Below are positions 59,549 to 64,000 of a stretch of 64,000 bases of DNA, piece after piece; the stretch's first letter is position 1, and every line of letters begins with the position of its first letter. A program made the position numbers and the translations under genes. The stretch spans positions 128,001 through 192,000 of the forward strand of contig JAWBYA010000003.1 in NCBI GenBank assembly GCA_038867615.1, read 5' to 3'. The notes beneath the pieces are model-generated. The model was given only the letters and a program-made list of their open reading frames with translations. It was not told the origin of the DNA and made no database searches. The DNA is from Sulfolobales archaeon. Lineage in GTDB: Archaea; Thermoproteota; Thermoprotei_A; Sulfolobales; AG1.

Positions 59549-61282
59549 ATGTTTAAACAACGCTTTTTTTGTATAAGAAGACAGGGATTCTTTTGGGGTA
59601 AAGGGATAAGGGATCGGTCTATTTACTTGTTAGCGCTCCCCGCTATCGCCTACCTAGTCTCCTTTACCATATACCCCATACTATCTAACGCGTTTCTGAG
59701 CTTCTTCACATACACCCTTAGAGGAGACGCCATATGGGTTGGTTTCAGGAACTATGCATACCTGACTGAGGATCCATTTATAGATAGGGTTATATTTAAT
59801 ACACTTATCTACACGGTAGTTGCACCAATGATCACAGTGATCCTGGCTATACCTATTGCAGCCTCGCTTAGGAGGGTTGGGGGCGTGTTTCTGGTTCCTC
59901 TGTCTATCGCATCATTCATACCGGCAACTACCGCGGCTATAATGTGGTATCTAATGCTAAATCCGTTTCTAGGCATTTCGTATTATATTTATCAGTATAA
60001 CTGGGCATCATCGATATATACTGTGGTTATCATCGAGATCTGGAGATCACTTCCAATAGCTGTGCTCGTAATATACTCAGGCCTTAGATCTATACCGAAG
60101 CATATTGAGGAGGCAGCATATGCGGATGGTATGGTTGGTGTTAGGAAGTTTCTCGCCGTAGATCTACCTCTAGTATCGCCACAGATCCTCACGGCGTTCG
60201 TGTTATCAATGATCTCCGGTTTATTTCTCTTTGACCCAATCTATATAGGCACCTCACAAGCAGGGCCGAGGGTTCTTGATAACCTTGCATTCTATGTGTT
60301 TGAGAATTTCTACACAGATATCAGGCTTAGGGGCTATACTGCAACGCTGATAGTGATAATGACTATTTTATCTACAGCCTTGGCTGCTATCTATATCAGG
60401 CTTGTTTCGTCGAAAACGATTCTAAGGATCCCTATGGTTTCTTTTGCACCATCTAGAGAGATGCCGAAGGCTATCCACTATGTGGTGATACTCCTTGCCC
60501 TAGTATTCACTCTCCTCCCAATAGCATGGCTACTAATAGTCTCTCTCAAATCGCCTAAGGAGCTTCTCACCATACCCCCAACAATTATACCCAACAGCCC
60601 CACCCTTGATAATTATCACTATGTAATATCAACGGGGCTCCCCTACCTGGTGACGTCTCTTGGCATCGCATCGATAAATACTTTTATAACGATCCTCCTA
60701 TCATCGATGCTAGGCTTTGCTATGGCGGCATATAGGTTTGGAGGTAACAGGCTTTTGATCTATGTGTTGTACTTGACGGCAACACCAACTCTGATCTATA
60801 TAGTGCCTCTCTTCGCAATGATCCGGTTCCTCAATGCTATAAACACATGGTGGGCTCTCATAATAACATACCCGATAATGACAGTCCCGATAACAACATG
60901 GATTATGTATAACTACTACATAAAATTCCCGAAAAGCATTGACGAAGCCGCCCAGGCTGATGGAATGAATAGGTTCAGAGTATTTATAAAGATAGCTTTC
61001 CCGCTGAGCAGGGGAGGCATGGGTGTTGCAGCCGTGTATTCCTTTCTAATCAGCTGGGGCGCACTCCTATTCCCCCTAGCGTTTACCTACTCACCATATG
61101 ATCTATCAAACCCTCTCAGCTTCTCTGGCGCACAGACCTTTTCGGTCTATGTGGCTAATCTGATGAGCCCTGTCACAGCGAATTATGGTGCTGTTGCTGC
61201 TGCTGGTGTTATAAGCATGATACCCCCAATAATCCTCTTGATCTTTATTAGGAGGGATCTGGAGAAGATCTGGGGGAGGTGA
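59549..61282 (+). CDS. Fused MalF/MalG-type sugar ABC permease (start uncertain)
   Basis: Two EAA loops (EEAAYADG, DEAAQADG). Confidence 0.88.
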   Translation: MFKQRFFCIRRQGFFWGKGIRDRSIYLLALPAIAYLVSFTIYPILSNAFLSFFTYTLRGDAIWVGFRNYAYLTEDPFIDRVIFNTLIYTVVAPMITVILAIPIAASLRRVGGVFLVPLSIASFIPATTAAIMWYLMLNPFLGISYYIYQYNWASSIYTVVIIEIWRSLPIAVLVIYSGLRSIPKHIEEAAYADGMVGVRKFLAVDLPLVSPQILTAFVLSMISGLFLFDPIYIGTSQAGPRVLDNLAFYVFENFYTDIRLRGYTATLIVIMTILSTALAAIYIRLVSSKTILRIPMVSFAPSREMPKAIHYVVILLALVFTLLPIAWLLIVSLKSPKELLTIPPTIIPNSPTLDNYHYVISTGLPYLVTSLGIASINTFITILLSSMLGFAMAAYRFGGNRLLIYVLYLTATPTLIYIVPLFAMIRFLNAINTWWALIITYPIMTVPITTWIMYNYYIKFPKSIDEAAQADGMNRFRVFIKIAFPLSRGGMGVAAVYSFLISWGALLFPLAFTYSPYDLSNPLSFSGAQTFSVYVANLMSPVTANYGAVAAAGVISMIPPIILLIFIRRDLEKIWGR

Positions 61283-61286
61283 TTAA

Positions 61287-62261
61287 TTGCTAGAGCTGAA
61301 AGGCATAGTGAAGAGGTATGGCGCGTTCGAGCTAGTTATAGATAGCATTGTTTTTGAGGATAACAAATACTACATCGTGCTAGGTCCTTCGGGATCTGGG
61401 AAGACAACCATGTTGAGATTGATAGCAGGGCTCGAGGTTCCCGATATGGGCGATATAATTATGGATGGTAAGAACATAACGTTCGAGCCTCCTTGGAGGA
61501 GAAATATAGGTATAGTTTTTCAGAACTACGCCCTCTACCCTCACATGACGGCTTTTGAGAATATAGCTGTTCCCCTGAGGATTAAAAAGGTTCCTGGGGG
61601 GCTGATAAGGGATAAGGTTATCGAGATCGCTAGACTGCTTGAGATAGAGGATCAGCTTTATAAATATCCCCACCAGATGTCGGGAGGACAGCAGCAGAGA
61701 GTAGCCATAGCTAGGGCATTGGTTAAGGAACCAAGAATACTTCTCCTCGACGAACCCTTAAGCAACCTCGATGCAAGGCTCAGGATCGAGGTTAGAGGCT
61801 TTCTGAAAAAGCTGCAGAGAAGGATTAGAACCACTATAATACATGTTACACATGATCAGGAAGAAGCTCTCGCAATAGCCGACGAGATCATCCTGCTAAA
61901 CAAGGGAAGAATAGTCCAGAAAGGCTCTCCAGAGGATATATATAGAAGGCCGAGGGATATTTTCACGTTCACATTCATAGGGTTGAGTAACCTGGTACCA
62001 GCCGAGATCCTCGGCTACGAGGATAGGGGTTTAGTAGGTTTCAGACCAGAGGACGTATATATAGATGATGGGGAAAACCACGATCTCGAGGGTATCGTAG
62101 AGACCATAGAATACCTAGGATCCCACTCTATAATTACGGTAAGGATCCATGACAATATAACTATAAAGATTAGAGCGGATCTTGGGAGAAGAATATCTAT
62201 TGGAGAGAGAGTTAAATTAAGGATCGATAGGGATAGGATCCTTAGGTTCGGTAAAGACTAG
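61287..62261 (+). CDS. MalK-type ABC ATPase
   Basis: GPSGSGKTT, VFQNYALYPHM, SGGQQQR, DEPLSNLDA, TOBE-like tail. Confidence 0.93.
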   Translation: MLELKGIVKRYGAFELVIDSIVFEDNKYYIVLGPSGSGKTTMLRLIAGLEVPDMGDIIMDGKNITFEPPWRRNIGIVFQNYALYPHMTAFENIAVPLRIKKVPGGLIRDKVIEIARLLEIEDQLYKYPHQMSGGQQQRVAIARALVKEPRILLLDEPLSNLDARLRIEVRGFLKKLQRRIRTTIIHVTHDQEEALAIADEIILLNKGRIVQKGSPEDIYRRPRDIFTFTFIGLSNLVPAEILGYEDRGLVGFRPEDVYIDDGENHDLEGIVETIEYLGSHSIITVRIHDNITIKIRADLGRRISIGERVKLRIDRDRILRFGKD

Positions 62262-62292
62262 ACCTCGGCTGTACAGCACATTGGGCAGCAAG

Positions 62293-63297
62293 CTAGCCCA
62301 GGGTTCGGGCGATATAGCCCCCACACTCTCTGGTACCAACAGCTATTCTATATATGTTTTTAGGCAACACCAGTTGGATCAGTCCATAGATTTTGAGCAC
62401 ACCTCCCCTATATAGTATTGGTGAATATGTACCCTCATATGAAATAACCTCATCTATTCTAACACTGACTCCGGAGGTTTCAAGAGTTCCAGTCACTTCA
62501 GCCCTTGCTGGGTATTGGAGGGCTTTGCACTGTCCGGCATTTATTACAAGCTTTGCTTCCACACATTTACCAAGGTTTATTGATATCTCATCCCCGTACC
62601 TTCTCGGATCCTCTGGAAATACGAAGGTTGTTTCCACCCCTTGAAAAAGGATCCTTCTATATGGGCTATACATATCCCTAGCAACCTCTAACGGGATATT
62701 GTGCAGGAGGGCAGCATTTCTAACCCATCTCTCAAGCCTGTCGCCTGATAAGGGTGTCCCGATCTCGCCTGCTTTCCAGTAGACTTCTTCAGCGTTTCTA
62801 CAGCCATACACTATAAGATCTATATCGCTTAGACCTATGGAGTGGAAAGAGCCAAGCATGCTTCCCCCTACACCGATCTCCCCGAGCCTGATTCCAGTTA
62901 GTCTCATTACACTTTCTATCAGCTCAGACGCCTTTTCCTCGAGAGGGTCTCTTGGGCTTGTATATATCTCATGACTCCTCTCCTCAGGCAGTAAGTGGTC
63001 TATGATATCTAAATAACCTATAGATGGCATTTTAGAGCCGTAAACAGGATCCCATTCTTCTCTATGATATTTGTCAAAGATCCTCTCAACATGATGTACT
63101 GAGTATCTCTCCAACACCCTTCTGAGCGGAACACCTCTTAACCTCCAGATACTGGGTTGTATTCCATACTCATCCTCGGCTGGAATGTATTTGATATAAG
63201 TGAATATTCTTCCAGGTGGATGCATAGATCCAAATACGATGTGCACATTCAAACCCTTATCAATAATAATATCATGATCTATTGGTGCTCTCCTCAA
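62293..63297 (-). CDS. Predicted nucleotidyltransferase (COG1665-like)
   Basis: HPP, YIKY.P, GVGGS...SDIDLIVYG. Confidence 0.78.
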   Translation of the reverse strand: MRRAPIDHDIIIDKGLNVHIVFGSMHPPGRIFTYIKYIPAEDEYGIQPSIWRLRGVPLRRVLERYSVHHVERIFDKYHREEWDPVYGSKMPSIGYLDIIDHLLPEERSHEIYTSPRDPLEEKASELIESVMRLTGIRLGEIGVGGSMLGSFHSIGLSDIDLIVYGCRNAEEVYWKAGEIGTPLSGDRLERWVRNAALLHNIPLEVARDMYSPYRRILFQGVETTFVFPEDPRRYGDEISINLGKCVEAKLVINAGQCKALQYPARAEVTGTLETSGVSVRIDEVISYEGTYSPILYRGGVLKIYGLIQLVLPKNIYRIAVGTRECGGYIARTLG

Positions 63298-63742
63298 ACA
63301 CCACGCCCGAGTCGCAGAATATCCCAGGCCGACTTATTAACAGATGCAACGATCGTCTCAGCCAGTATTAAAGGCTAATTTTTGTTTACCCACTCAAGCT
63401 AGATCTAGCATTATAATACTCATCAAGATCTGTTGGCTGTTATAGTTCTTCAAATGTTTTTAAGGTGCGCCATATACTAACTAGGATTCCAAGACGTCGG
63501 GTTATCATATAGATCGTGAATACTAGGTTTCTCCGCAACTAAATAAGGATTCCTGATACGCAGGACGTGTGGAGTGATGTTGATATATAGCATCAAGCAA
63601 CCCGCATCTAGTGTAAACCCGTTACCAGGAAGTGCTGATACAGATTCCATTATCTATAACAGAGCTATAAGGAGATCGCATGTGTTTCTTAGCTACACGT
63701 GTGGGAGAACCTTTTCTCGGTATCGATAACAATGATTATATG

Positions 63743-64000
63743 TTAGAGATCTCTTGGAATCTCCATCATAGCTTTCTCATGAGTGTTTGGGGCAAGCCAG
63801 TCTATGAGTTCCTTAGAATCCCTAGCCTCTATGAATACGTTTATCGGTCCAAGGCTACTCTCACGATCGTCTTCAACGAATGAGAGCTTCCCGGCAAATG
63901 CTGCCTGTTTATTGATCTTGAAGGAAATGTACTCCTCGGTGCTGTTTTTCGCAATAATCCTTCTAGCGGTATCAGCTATCTTTCCTCTAACTATCATTTC
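63743..64000 (-). CDS. UPF0201/DUF54-like RNA-binding protein, C-terminal part (runs off the window)
   Basis: IADTAR, INKQAAFAGKLSF, SLGPI, LIDWLAP. Confidence 0.8.
   Translation of the reverse strand, partial: EMIVRGKIADTARRIIAKNSTEEYISFKINKQAAFAGKLSFVEDDRESSLGPINVFIEARDSKELIDWLAPNTHEKAMMEIPRDL

Noticed and set aside
59595-59630. ATA non-canonical start for the sugar permease
   Set aside because: An upstream ATG and a nearby downstream TTG are both available, so it is not required
63570-63640. Possible C/D box sRNA (GTGATGT...CTGA); similar partial boxes near 18690 and 40355
   Set aside because: Box C is imperfect or there is no properly spaced D'/C'/D set; guides cannot be verified
1-64000. 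CRISPR array, IS elements, rRNA
   Set aside because: No regularly spaced repeats, transposase motifs or rRNA-like sequence seen

Overview
This is a core-genome window from a thermophilic crenarchaeon (Thermoproteota, Desulfurococcales/Sulfolobales-like). The assignment rests on L38e, L40e, L37e, L37ae, aIF2-gamma, TFE-beta, Rpo12, EgsA, Agl24, split MetE, an ArnR-like regulator and frequent TTG starts. It holds about 65 CDS, two intron-containing tRNAs (His-GTG, Cys-GCA) and the RNase P RNA. I found no CRISPR array, IS element or provirus. The main candidate system is the archaellum locus (arlX/CDE-like, G, F, H, I, J, with a divergent ArnR-like regulator). It has no archaellin in the usual slot, a 322-aa intein in the ArlI motor ATPase, and repeated TCGAC-N5-GTCGA boxes. 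Other observations: strong GATC over-representation; a GT-C glycosyltransferase whose first TM helix and DE motif lie upstream of any canonical start, in frame with the rpl37e stop; Pop5 with an N-terminal membrane helix; a Cys-rich extension on Rpo12; an uncharacterised OPT/FtsX-like membrane operon; and several small ORFs absent from the ORF track. All family calls come from motifs recognised by eye, not from database searches.
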